Source of the DNA: Octopus sinensis
Taxonomy: Eukaryota
DNA: 64,000 bases
Direction: 5' to 3'
NCBI RefSeq assembly: GCF_006345805.1
Contig: NW_021832379.1
Span: forward strand, 62,001-126,000
Part shown: in pieces, positions 36,386 to 48,250 of the stretch
Layout: the number at the start of each line of letters is the position of its first letter
How positions within the stretch are numbered: position 1 is the stretch's first letter
Translations under genes and position numbers: made by a program
The notes under the pieces: generated by a model
The model's input: only the letters and a program-made list of their open reading frames with translations
What the model was told of the DNA's origin: nothing
Database searches by the model: none

Positions 36386-38629
36386 ATATATAATGAACCA
36401 TTTCTTAAACCTACACGATATAGTCTATAAATTTGGGATGTTTTTGAAAGATAATATATTTTGTCATCAGAATATATATACTTTCTCACACTACAATTAA
36501 GATATATTTATTTTAAATCGTTCATCTTTTCCCGCCACAACAAAAATTGGGCACGAAAATTTTTCTAAATATCAGCGGAATGAACAACTGAGATAAAGAG
36601 GGGGGCAAAGAGAGATCAGAAAAAAAAATTAGAACCTCACACCACCACCACCACCACCGCCGCCACGTAATTCAAAGTTGTTCATTTTGATATGGCTCAA
36701 GAGACATGGACTTTTAAATGGAGCTTGAGAAAAATGGTTTCAATTAGAAAAGCAACATTTCTAGAAAATAGTAAATTGAAGTGTGAACACAGCACCTTAC
36801 AGAGTATAAGTATATGACATTTATTTTAAAAATTTAACTTCATTTGTTTTATATTCTAAATAATTTGCAATTTCAAAAAATATATTAATTTTGTGTTTTT
36901 TAATTTGATAAATTCTACGGAATAATTTTGCGCGTTTTTTGATAAATTCTACGGAAAGAATTTAGTGCGAAAAATTTATACATTTATACACAAAGACCTG
37001 TTGAAGCAAGCGAAGTTGATATCGAACCTCATCCGACGACAGGCACCCATGCCAACCCCCTTTGCTTGCGAAGACATGTTGGGGCAAGTGTGGCACCCGG
37101 CAGATGCCAGGACCCCTTGACTGGTGGTATGTAAAAAGCACTATCCAAATCGTGGCCGATGCCAGAGCCGCCTCGACTGGCACCAATCTGACCGTGGCCG
37201 TTGCCAGCCTCGCCTGGCACCTGTGCGGGTGGCATGTAAAAACCACCCACTACACTCTCGGAGTGGTTGGCGTTAGGAAGGGCATCCAGCTGTAGAAACA
37301 TTGCCAGATAAGACTGGAGTCTGGTGCAGCCTTCTGGCTTCCCAGATCCCCGGTCGAACCGTCCATGGAGAACGGACGTTAAACGATGATGATGATGTGA
37401 AGAAATTAATTCATTAAGTTTACCAAATTATATACGTCTGTAAAAAAAAAAAAGTTTCACAAATTATATACGTTCGCGTTTGTGTAAAAAAAATTATTAT
37501 TTAAGTTTTATAAATTATTTACTTTGTTCAAAAAATATTATTAATATTAATTAATTTTCAAGAATTATTTAATTTATATAATTAATTCATTAATTTTATT
37601 CTGTAAAATAGTAATTAATTCATTTATCTGTAAATCGCTATGTTGTCATTAAGGCAGCTAGAAATAGCAGCCAGATTTCCCTCCAATAACACTTTATTGT
37701 CTTAAAAAGCAGAAAGGTATCTAAAAAATCCGTTTTTTTTTTTGTTTTTGCGGTCAGGTTACTTGATTCCACGCAAAAAATCTGATTTTTTTTTCCATGT
37801 GAAAATTCCGGGGGGGGGGGTATTGTTACTCCCCCCCACCTTTCCGGACCAAAATATGGGATTTGCAGCATATTAGGAGGTCAGGGTACTTGATTCCACG
37901 CAAAAAATTTGAGTTTTTTTTTTTTTTATTATTGAAAAGCGTGCGGGTGTTAATCTGTAATTTTACCATAAACCCAATCTCTTTCTTAAACAAGGAACAT
38001 ATTCGTATGGCACAGAATGTTTTCACCTCAATAGATGCCATTGATTGGATGAAATTGCCGAAATGCAAGAAATTAAAGAACAAATATCTTACAAACTATA
38101 GAATTTTCTCAATAAAGCCAAGAGAAAAAGATATTTTATAAACACATTCTACCAGTATACGAAGTTTAAAAGTGTTTAGTTACGTGGAAATTATTTTAAA
38201 AAGCTGCCGTTCAAACCGAAAAGATCCATAATTTTTTACACAAAGTAAATAAAACACAAAGTAAAGATCGACTAGTCACGACTAGCTAACGCGAGTGCGC
38301 GCACGGGGATCACTGTTCACTAGTAGTAACTTCTGTTTCACATTGAAAATGAAATTTTACCGAAGAAGCAGTAATGGTTAATGTTTACATTATTATAATT
38401 TCCGAAGGATTTGAATGCAAGATTCATTCAAAACATCAAAAACAATTGAAAGGATAAAAAAATCCATCTTCGAAGAGATTGGAATTATAAAATTTACTTT
38501 ATTTTCATGTGCAGCATTCAATAGACTTTAATTAATGTTTCTTTTGGGTTTTCTAATGTATCAGAAAATGTTAAACCGAAACAAAACCGACGAAATAACT
38601 TGCATATATTTATATGATCCTACTAGAAC

Positions 38630-40130
38630 ATAATAATAAATAATGAAATTATTGTATGCAATGCTCAGTGCGTATAAAGCATATACAGTAATGTACAAAT
38701 GTCTGGGAAGTGAACAGTGTATAACTCAGATACATGCTTGTGTGTGTATGGAGGGGAGAAAATCAGGTGTAGTGAAGGCGAATCTCAGGAAGCATGGAAG
38801 TTTTGAAGGATGCAGTGTTCCGACAACTAACAACTGATGCCGGCAGTTTGTTCCATGCATCAGCGTGTGTATGGAGGGGAGAAAATCAGGTGTAGTGAAG
38901 GCGAATCTCAGGAAGCATGGAAGTTTTGAAGGATGCAGTGCTCCGACAACTAACAACTGATGCCGGCAGTTTGTTCCATGCATCAGCGTGTGTATGGAGG
39001 GGAGAAAATCAGGTGTAGTGAAGGCGAATCTCAGGAAGCATGGAAGTTTTGAAGGATGCAGTGCTCCGACATCTAACAACTGATGCCGGCAGTTTGTTCC
39101 ATGCTTCAGCAACTCTCAGCGTGAACAAGTGTTTCCTAAAGGCATGGGAGCTGTGCTGTTTTCTGACTTTGTAAATATGTCCACGGGTGTTAGACGGGTG
39201 GAGTTTGAAAAGTTGCTCAGAGTTATTGTTTGTAAGATGGTTTATACTTTTATGGTGTCTGCCAAGTCAGCTGCCAGACGGCGGAGTTTCAATGTGTCCA
39301 TGCCCAGGGAAGTAAGGCATTCAGAATATGGCAAATGCCTGATGGTGGGTATTCTCTTGGTTGCACGTCGCTGAACAGCTTCCAGATGATTAATATCCTG
39401 GGCGAGATTGGGGTTCCAGACCGGTGATGCAAATTCCAGGTGAGGTTGCACCATAGCTATATAAAGCCGCAGATAGGTAGCCGGAGAGCGGCTCACAAAG
39501 GACTTGGTGAGTGATGCCAAGACACCCTCAGCCTTCTTGGCAATTTTAGCAATGTGTTTTGTCCAACACAAATCACTGTCGACAATAACACCCAGGTCAC
39601 GTTCACAAGAAGACTTTTTGAAATTAGTGTTGTGGAAGGAGTAAGTAGACGCTGGGTTTTCCTCCCAAAATGCATGGTGGTACATTTGTCCACAGCCAGC
39701 TTGAGTTGCCAGTGCATGATCCACTGCTGGATTGTGTCCTGTTCTGATTGCAATGAAGATCCATAGTGTGTAGGATCTGACCTCTTTATTTCAAGGTACA
39801 GCTTGATGTCATCTGCATATTTCAGCACTGTGGCATTCTTTAAGTTGGCATCTATGTCATTAACATATGCAACAAATAAAAGGGGGCCAAGAACAGATCC
39901 CTGTGGTACACCAGATGTCATCTCATAGGGTGATGAGTGTTGTCCTAGAACTGTGACAACCTCTTTTCGGCCGATAATAAAGGACTTCAACCAGTTATAG
40001 AGTTCGTCTCTTACGCCCAACGCAGAAAGTTTCACCATAAGTCTTTTGTGTGGCACAGAATTAAAAGCCTTAGCAAAGTCCAGGTAAACAACATCCACCC
40101 AGTATCAGTGATTCGGGTTCCTGTGAAATA
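38630..40130 (-). mobile_element. 5'-truncated CR1 LINE (RT C-terminal half) with a triplicated 3' end
   Basis: DVVYLDFAKAFNSVPH...GVPQGSVLGPLLF...KYADDIKL...LEAVQRRATK; 123-bp x3 repeat at 38742-39110; (ATT)n tail. Confidence 0.9.
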
Positions 40131-40832
40131 ACCATATTTTAGTCGTGACCAACTTGTCAATAGTTTTAGATAGTCATCCTATATTGTTTAATAAAATGAA
40201 ATACTTTTTATATAGATTAAATATGTTACACGATATATTGATTGGAGATCCACAGTTAGGAATGGCTTCAAGTTATTTCTTATTGCAACACTTATAACAA
40301 AACAGAAACTAAAGTTGTAGTCTATAAAGTATGTAGATGTCATTTTGTTGTGAGGTTTAATTTTAACAACATTTAAAAGGTAAAATTTAATTGTCCACAT
40401 AAATGTTTTATATTTACACTTTATCCTGATGGAATGTAGTAAAATATTGAATCTCTTTTTAAATACCACTTACATCTTATAATGTCTCTATTATTTCAGC
40501 GAATCTAATGCAAATGGCATACTTGAAGTACATCATGAGTTTTTATAAAGTTTTAAAGACTAAAAGAAGATGTCACACAGAATAAATATCACGTTGCGTA
40601 TATAAATCTACGGTAGAATTCTAAAATATTTCCTCTGGATGTCATTGGGAAAATTTCTCTCCCTTACTGTCTGAAACATATACAAGACAATTTTGTATAT
40701 GTGGTTATTTACAAGTTTGAAGATCTTTGGATATTGAGAAGAAATTATAGTTGATGGAAATATTGCAGTGGATATATTTGTTAAAAATATTGGGAAAACA
40801 TATCTGTATATTGTGATGAGAGAATAAAAATT

Positions 40833-42263
40833 ATGGAAAATAAATTATGTGAAATCCAGTGTAAAACAGTTGATTTTCCTGATGGAATACTGAAAGAAAT
40901 TGGAAAAACATACCCCTGTGATATATGCAAGAAGTCATTCACTCAAAAAGGTCACCTAACTACTCATAAACGTATTCATACTGGAGAGAAGCCATATCAT
41001 TGTGATATCTGTGGTAAATCATTCTCTCGAAATGGTGATGTAACTATACACAAACGTATTCATACAGGAGAAAAACCATATCACTGTGATATTTGTGATA
41101 AATCGTTTTCTCAAAGTGGTAAATTGACTATACACAAACAGATTCATACAGGAGAGAAACCTTATCACTGTGATATTTGTGGTAAATCATTTGCTCAAAG
41201 AAATGGCTTGACTGGCCACAAACAAATTCATTCAGGAGAGAAGCCATATTGCTGCGATATTTGTGGTAAATCGTTCTCTCGGAATGATCACTTAACTGTA
41301 CACAAACTCATTCATACAGGAGAGAAACCTTTCCACTGTGATATTTGTGGTAAATCATTCTCTCGAAATGAGCACTTAACAGATCACAAATACACTCATA
41401 CAGGAGAGAAACCATATCACTGTGATATTTGTGGAAAATCATTCTATCGAAATTATCATTTAACTAAACACAAGCACATTCATACTGGAGAGAAGTCCTG
41501 TCGCTGTGAAATCTGTGGTAAAGCATTCTTTCGAAATGGTGACTTAACTACTCATATACGCATTCATACAGGTGAGAAGCCATATTCTTGTGATATCTGT
41601 GGTAAGTCATTCTCTGGAAATGGTGACTTAACTATTCACACACGCATTCATACAGGGGACAAACCATATTCTTGTGATATCTGCAGTAAATCATTCTCTC
41701 GAAATCATGACTTAACAACTCACAAACGTGTTCACACAGGAGAAAAGCCGTATTGCTGTGATATTTGTGGTAAATCTTTCTCTGAGGGAAGTGTCTTAAC
41801 TACTCACAAACGCATTCATACAGGAGAAAAGCCATATCACTGTGATATATGTGATAAATCATTCTCTCAAAGATCTACTTTAACAAGCCACATACAGATT
41901 CATACAGGGGAGAAGCCACATCACTGTGATATCTGTGGTAAATCATTTTCCCGAAATGGTGATTTAACTACTCATATACGCATACATACAGGAGATAAAC
42001 CATATTCTTGTGATATCTGTGGTAAATCATTCTCTCGAAATCATGACTTAACTGCTCACAAACGCATTCACACAGGAGAGAAACCATATTGCTGTGATAT
42101 CTGTGGTAAATCTTTTTCTCAAAGATCTAACTTAACTAACCACATACATATTCACACAGGAGAGAAACCATATCACTGTGATATCTGTGGTGTATCATTC
42201 TCTCGAAATGGCGATTTAACTAAACACAAACTCATTCATACAAAGGGAAATCCTTATAACTGA
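40833..42263 (+). CDS. C2H2 zinc-finger protein, 476 aa, 16 tandem fingers, no recognisable effector domain
   Basis: Uninterrupted ORF of CxxC-x12-HxxxH units with TGEKP linkers; acceptor TTATTTCAG at 40499 upstream. Confidence 0.95.
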   Translation: MENKLCEIQCKTVDFPDGILKEIGKTYPCDICKKSFTQKGHLTTHKRIHTGEKPYHCDICGKSFSRNGDVTIHKRIHTGEKPYHCDICDKSFSQSGKLTIHKQIHTGEKPYHCDICGKSFAQRNGLTGHKQIHSGEKPYCCDICGKSFSRNDHLTVHKLIHTGEKPFHCDICGKSFSRNEHLTDHKYTHTGEKPYHCDICGKSFYRNYHLTKHKHIHTGEKSCRCEICGKAFFRNGDLTTHIRIHTGEKPYSCDICGKSFSGNGDLTIHTRIHTGDKPYSCDICSKSFSRNHDLTTHKRVHTGEKPYCCDICGKSFSEGSVLTTHKRIHTGEKPYHCDICDKSFSQRSTLTSHIQIHTGEKPHHCDICGKSFSRNGDLTTHIRIHTGDKPYSCDICGKSFSRNHDLTAHKRIHTGEKPYCCDICGKSFSQRSNLTNHIHIHTGEKPYHCDICGVSFSRNGDLTKHKLIHTKGNPYN

Positions 42264-43093
42264 TTTGTGGTAAATCATTCTCTTAAAAATGTCTCTGTAT
42301 GTGCATGAAAGTAAGCTTATGAATGAGAAAAACCATTCTGTAGGGAATGTCTTCATCATCATCTGAGGAAGTGTTGAATGGAATTTATTGAGACAGATTT
42401 TCTAAGGCCAGATGTCCTTCATGACCAATCGTCATTTGTTTCAGAGCAAGGTAATATTTCCCCATAGCCAGTCTTGTTTGCACAGAATATTGGTAATAAA
42501 TGATGCTTGTTTGACTGACATCATTTACAACTATCACACAAGGTCAAGACAAAGCAACAACTATACACTTACATCTATTTGTAATAATGAAGCCAAAGGA
42601 CTATTTTGAAAGCATTTAATGTGTTTATATCTGCATAATATATAACAGAAGCTACATCCCATTGTGCAAGAGATTCCTTTTTCAAGTGTATTAACTGAGG
42701 AAGGCCGTGTGTAACGGCAGGTATTATATTTTATGCAGATCTGAAACATGCATATCAAATGCCTTCAAAATATGAACACATTATGTTTGACTTCATTGTT
42801 ACAATTTCTACACCTTGGTGCCAGTTTAAACTCACCTGTCCTGACTCCAATTACATGCATTTGAAATAGTTTGTTACGTTGAAAATTCTGGCACTGTGCA
42901 TCACTCCTAAGTATAACAAACACACACATATGTCAAGTATTAACAAAGAGAATGGAACACTGCATTCTATTACACACTACGACAATTGTTTCAGTACCAT
43001 TTTACTAGAAGATATGCAGTAATACATCATATCAATATTATTCCAGCAATTGTTCGGGTATGTCAAGAAGGTTAATACATAAATTTTTATATA

Positions 43094-44100
43094 CAGGAAT
43101 CCCTCACTTTATGGAAGCAATGCATTCCTGAAAATTTGGCTATAACACAAATTTTTCCTATTGATTTATATATTGAGATTGTGTTCCTACAGACTTTATT
43201 TTTAGCAAAATAAAAAACAAGAAAACAGAACAAGCAACATTATCACATTTATACATGAAAATTACAATTACTAAACACAGATACAACATCGATACAGAAG
43301 AATACAAAAACATTTCAAGAAGAATATGTGAAGAAATTAATAAGAATCAATATTATAAGAGTCCATTCTTACCACAAAAGCTGTTAGCTACTGTGTGAGG
43401 GGTGGTGGTAGGATGAGCGTTACTAGGAGGATGAGGAACACCATTTACCATCTTACAGTTCATTGTCATAAATGTCAGCTTGAGGGATGAAGAACTTATC
43501 CAAAGTTGTTTGTTGTTGATGATGTATCATCTCTTTGTACAGCTCAGTATAGGATCTGAGCTTATTGTATATTCTTCTTGTAGTTTTTATGTTACATTCA
43601 CAATTAGGGCCATTAGCAGCAAAAACCTGTAGACCCTCCTCCAGTGCCAACTCATTAGCCAATTTAAATGGCAATGGTGGAACTTTGTCTTATCTGTATT
43701 CCCAGTTTTTTTCTAACAACATCAACTCATTCGATAAACTTTCTGGAACACTTGTAACACAGTTACATCATCCACTATGACTTCTTCAAATCCTATATCC
43801 TTTTCAAGTGCAAAATATCTTTTTGAATTTGATGTATACTTACTGCTTGAGGAAAAATTTTAATGTCATGGATACAACCTGGCCATATTTACTATTCAAA
43901 GTTTAGCCATAATTTTTGTTGCCATTATTCACCTGTATTCATGTTGAATTTCTTTTAGAAATCTCTAACTATAGGTTTATCCTTCCTGTGAATTGCTTTC
44001 ATAAGTTGTTTGAAAGTTCTCATAATGTCTTGAAGTCAGCTGTCACACCTTGATCCATTGGCTGGGGCAAAGAAGTTGTATCTTGGGTAGACATTCTATA
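43094..44100 (-). mobile_element. pogo/Tigger-like transposon remnant
   Basis: TTSLPQPMDQGVTADFK (DDE_1 motif) near 44050-44090; C-terminal YKEMIHHQQQTTLDKFF; TA|CAGG terminus at 43094. Confidence 0.65.
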
Positions 44101-44496
44101 ATGCATACATAAGAATAGATTTAAATATGAAATAGATGTGGCACAAGTGTAATAAATGTTATTCACTGCACATGCTTAACGCTTATTCCATGTGTGTTTG
44201 CTTGTAGGCTGTGATTTGGTGTGGTGGTGTCACCATGTTTGTCTATGATTTTCAAGTGTTTTCGCAAATTAATCTCCACCATGCTAAATTGCAACCTACC
44301 AGCAAGTACACACAGTGTATACATTAAATACATATGCTGTGGTTGATAATGTTTATTATGCAACTACTGATTCTGTTTCATATTTCAGCCAATCAGGCAT
44401 CTCTGCATTCACACACTATCAATAGTGTTGCTATTCCTACTGCCTCATGTAGAGTTGAATGTATCTAAGAATTGGGTGTATATATATATATATATA

Positions 44497-45068
44497 CTAG
44501 CAGTATTGCCCGGCTCAACGGGGATTTCAGGGAGTCGCTGGTGATGCATCGTGATGATCAAAAATCTGGCCTGCTAAAATTTGGTTAAAGTGATTCAAAC
44601 TGCAGACTCAACGCAAAATGGTCACATTTAATTCAAAGCGTTAAAAATGTTATGAAAACAATTGGTATGTGTTCACAAAGTCCAAACGATTAATACGAAA
44701 AACCCCTCCAAGCTACATCCCGAAAACTCGTTTCTTTGCCGAATTTCTACAATGTTTACGGCGATTCGTTTTTATATCTTGATTTTTTATTTTTCATGCA
44801 ATTTACACATGCTTGCACGCGTGGTAAACACAGTTCACGTCAAACAGCTGACTGAGTAAAGTTCACTATTCAATGCATGGGATAAGGCTTAAATAAACAC
44901 ATTATCGATTTTTGCACTTGCGAGATGAATTTTGGAACAGAAATAGCGCAGTTCAATTTTCATTCGCCTAAACTTTAAGTGACCCATTTTGGTGGTTCTA
45001 CGATTTATTGGCTAGGAGGAGATGTGCCTGGAAGTAAAACACACACATACACACAAGTTGAGTTTTAT
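44497..45068 (-). mobile_element. Non-autonomous Helitron
   Basis: a|CTAGCAGTATTGCCCGG end like the copy at 33433, and a ...acacacaagttgagttttata opposite end. Confidence 0.6.
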
Positions 45069-45091
45069 ATGCACACACACACACACACATA

Positions 45092-46573
45092 TCTGGTCCT
45101 CCCATAAGTAATGTCATTTTTTGTAGCAGGCTTTTAAGAAATCAAAAAACGAGTAAGGCACCAATCTAATCAACAATATATTCCCCATCTGAATCAATGA
45201 CATCTTTTCAATGATATAAAAAGTTTTTTATGCTATTTGTATAGAAACCAGCTAGCTGAGAAGAGAAAAACTCTTGAAGGTCCATTTCAAGTGCTTTTAG
45301 CGAATTGTATTCTTTTCTATCATGAAAATTTTGCAAGATTTGGAATAAATGATAATGTAAAGGAGCAAGGGTAGGAGAATATGGAAGATGTGGAAGCCTT
45401 TCCCAGCCTATCTCTTCAATCTTGGTACAGGTTGTGAGATCTGACATAGTCATGATGGAAAAGGACACCTTTTCAATTGACCAGAAGTCACCTTTTTTCT
45501 GTAAGTTTTTTTTTTCATTCATCTTATCAATTTGTTCACATTACACTTGAGCTGTAATTGTCTGGTTTTGTGGTCAGGTTTCAAAGTGTATTACACCAAA
45601 TGTGTTCCACCAAATGCTTATCAAAACTTTCCGAGTGCTGGTGGCACGTGAAAGACCACATTCGAGTGAGGTCGTTGCCAGTGCCGCTGGACTGGCTCCT
45701 GTGCTGGTGGCACGTGAAAGACCACATTCGAGTGAGGTCGTTGCCAGTGCCGCTGGACTGGCTCCTGTGCTGGTGGCACATGAAAGACCACATTCGAGTG
45801 AGGTCGTTGCCAGTGCCGCAGAATTGGCTCCTGTGCTGGTGGCACGTAAAAAACACCATTTGAGTGTGGCTGCTGCCAGTACCACCTGACTGGCCCTCAT
45901 GCCGGTGGCACGTAAAAGCACCCACTACACTCTCGGAGTGGTTGGCATTAGGAAGGGCATCCAGCTGTAGAAACACTGCCAGATCAGATTGGAGCCTGGC
46001 GCAGGTATCTGGCTCGCCAGTGCTCAGTCAAACCGTGCAACCGATGTCACCATGGAAAGCGGACGTTAAACGATGATGTTTGTTCTGGTTCAACCGATTG
46101 ATGTTGGCGATACTAAAGGGTGTCCACTTTTGATCACCAGTCACTTGGCAGTTCAAAAAAAAGAAAGAGCAGTGCAGATATTGACACATTCTCTTTGATT
46201 GTTTTCATCCAGTTCTTGTGAAGCCCACTTACCAAGCTTAGACACAATTCCAAGTTCTTGAAAATGACAATGGACAGTTGATGGCATTGAAATAACCTCT
46301 TCTGTTAACTCCTCAACAGTTGCATATGGATTTCTTCCAGTAGCAGCTTTCAACACATCATTATGAAAAGAGACAGGCATCTTCCAAGCTAAAGTCCTCT
46401 TGTTGAAATTTATATGGAACCATTGTTGAATATTCAAAATACCTTCACCACACTTTTTGCACATTTATTACAGCATTTGTTGCATAATTGCCATGACATG
46501 TCTAATGTGCTCTTCCGTGACCTCCATTTTCACGTACAGTCTGAAAAACAACATTATTTATGGGATGACCATG
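45092..46573 (-). mobile_element. Mariner (DD34D-like) remnant interrupted by an RTE 3' UTR insertion (45633-46078, + strand, 65-bp modules)
   Basis: TA-flanked TIRs (tctggtcctcccataagtaatg and cattatttatgggatgaccatg); peptides NPYATVEEL...SKLGKW, KVLISIWWNTFGVIHFE, GWERLPHLPYSPTLAPLHYHLF. Confidence 0.85.
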
Positions 46574-47549
46574 TATGTATATTTACACTCCCACACACAC
46601 ATATATATATAATGGCTTTCTGTCAATTTTCATTTGTTAAATCAGCTCACAAAGTTTTTGGTCAGCCTAGGACTGGCAGAATACACTTACCCAAGATGCT
46701 ATGCAGTGGGACTAAACCCAAAACCCTGTGGTTGGGGTGCAAACTTTATAGCCATACAGCCGCACCTATGCCTAGGAGCCATAATATGTAACCATAAATG
46801 TATGTAGATAGAAAAGCTGTAACAATGTGATGATAATCTCCCAACATGTTATATTAATCTTAACTACATCTATGGAATACATGTTTAACGTGCTTTTAGC
46901 CCATTTGCATAAGATAGTATTGGTCTATTTTACCATTGTGAAATGTAATCTCACATAACCTCACTAATGTATAAGTAACAAATCATAAGAAAATATTTCC
47001 TCATTCCATAATAGGATGGATATATATCTGTGTTCTGCAAACTTTCTTGCATCAGGGTTTATTTTTATTAGGTATCCCATCAAGGCAAATTATTTTGTGG
47101 CTAGCAAGATATTTTTAAAAATTATTTCTTTATGGTTTGATTGTTTAAGTGAATGTTAATTTGTCTCAACGTAGCCTTAAGTTTAATTTAAATACAATGT
47201 AATATAATAATTTGTGAATCATCATCAATGTTTTAATGTCTACTGTGCTTGCTGGCTTGTGTTGTACGTGTCTGTTGTATATGATATTATTACAGTTTCT
47301 TGAATCTCTTTTCCTATTCATCTGTGATGGCCAAAACCTCAAGCTCTGCTCTCGTCACTCCTTTGTAAATATTCTTAACAACCTGAAATGTTAATAAATC
47401 TGAATTGTTCTCAAATTATTGTTTTCCTCTTTTTTTTTTATGTTGAACATCTGATGAAAATTTGTGCTGATCTAATCCTAAACTTAGGAATTCCTTAACT
47501 TGATCCATGGATATTAGAAGTTACTCTAAATTGGTCAAGTTGTTGGGAT

Positions 47550-48250
47550 TTTAGTTTTGATCACGTGATTTTGATTGTCTCGATTGCTGTCACATGCCTG
47601 CAGTGCGACTGCGCGGAGTTCTGTTCTGTTTGCGGCACAACGTGTTCAGCGTTGATTTTAGTTAGTTGAGAATGTAGAAATTTGCTACGTAAAAAATGAT
47701 ATTGCGTTGAAGTTTGGTTTTGCTTACAATTTAGCAATCTTTATTTGTATTGTATATTGCTGTATTTTTAGTCGATTAAATTGTTATAAACCCAAACTCG
47801 AATATCAAAGTTTAAAAGGTTTCACATACAGTCTCTCCAGAGTTTGAATTGCTTCCGAGTAATTCTCACATTCACTTATGAGTTTGTAAACTTTGATATT
47901 CGAGTTTGGGTTTATAACAATTTAATCAACTAAAAAAAATACAGCTAGAGCAAGAGAGAGAATGCACAGCAAATTTATAAAACCAAATTTGTTCACTGCT
48001 GATCCAAGTTTGAGTCAAGCTTCGAAAGAATGGAAATATTGGTTCAGAACTTTTAAACATTTTTTAGAATCATTTCCTGCAGAACTGCCAATCACTGATG
48101 AAAGCAAACTTAGGTGTTTAATAGCGCATGTAGATAAAGACGTTTATGAACTCATAAGTGAATGTGAGAATTACTCAGAAGCAATTCAAACTCTGGACAG
48201 ACTGTATGTGAACCTTTTAAACTTTGATATCCGAGTTTGGGTTTATAACA
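47550..48250 (+). mobile_element. Rearranged Gypsy-type LTR/gag remnant
   Basis: 47962-48215 encodes a gag N-terminus (FIKPNLFTADP...ASKEWKYWFRTFKHFLE...YELISECENYSEAIQTLDRLY); LTR-end-like ...GGGTTTATAACA present three times. Confidence 0.65.

Larger units (their letters stand above)
32160..37790. repeat. Long inverted repeat, arms about 1.09 kb (32160-33253 and 36693-37790), spacer about 3.4 kb
   Basis: Arms are near-identical reverse complements (on the order of ten to fifteen differences by eye); each contains the same RTE 3' UTR fragment (32546-32951 and 36993-37397). Confidence 0.93.
32106..37967. mobile_element. Third nested TIR element (GGTAAAATTACAGATTAACACCCGCACG..., about 90-bp TIRs)
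   Basis: 32106-32196 is the inverse of 37877-37967; target ATAAACCC duplicated (left copy has a 3-nt insertion). Confidence 0.75.
31940..38227. mobile_element. Second GGATCTTTTCGG (Merlin-like) element, split by a further insertion
   Basis: 8-bp TSD ATAATTTT (31932-39 and 38228-35); internal sequence matches the 18926 copy. Confidence 0.82.
31781..38330. mobile_element. Outer palindromic MITE (about 260 bp net) split by nested insertions
   Basis: TIR G(G/T)TACTAC...GAACAGTG...GTGCGCGCACTCGCG...TAGCTAGTCGTGACTAGTCGATC at both ends; flanks TTCTGTTTT and TTCTGTTTC (8/9). Confidence 0.75.

Noticed and set aside
32160-37790. Long inverted repeat as a pure assembly artefact
   Set aside because: Arms differ mainly by CpG-site transitions and small indels, as expected for real divergence; read-level confirmation is still needed
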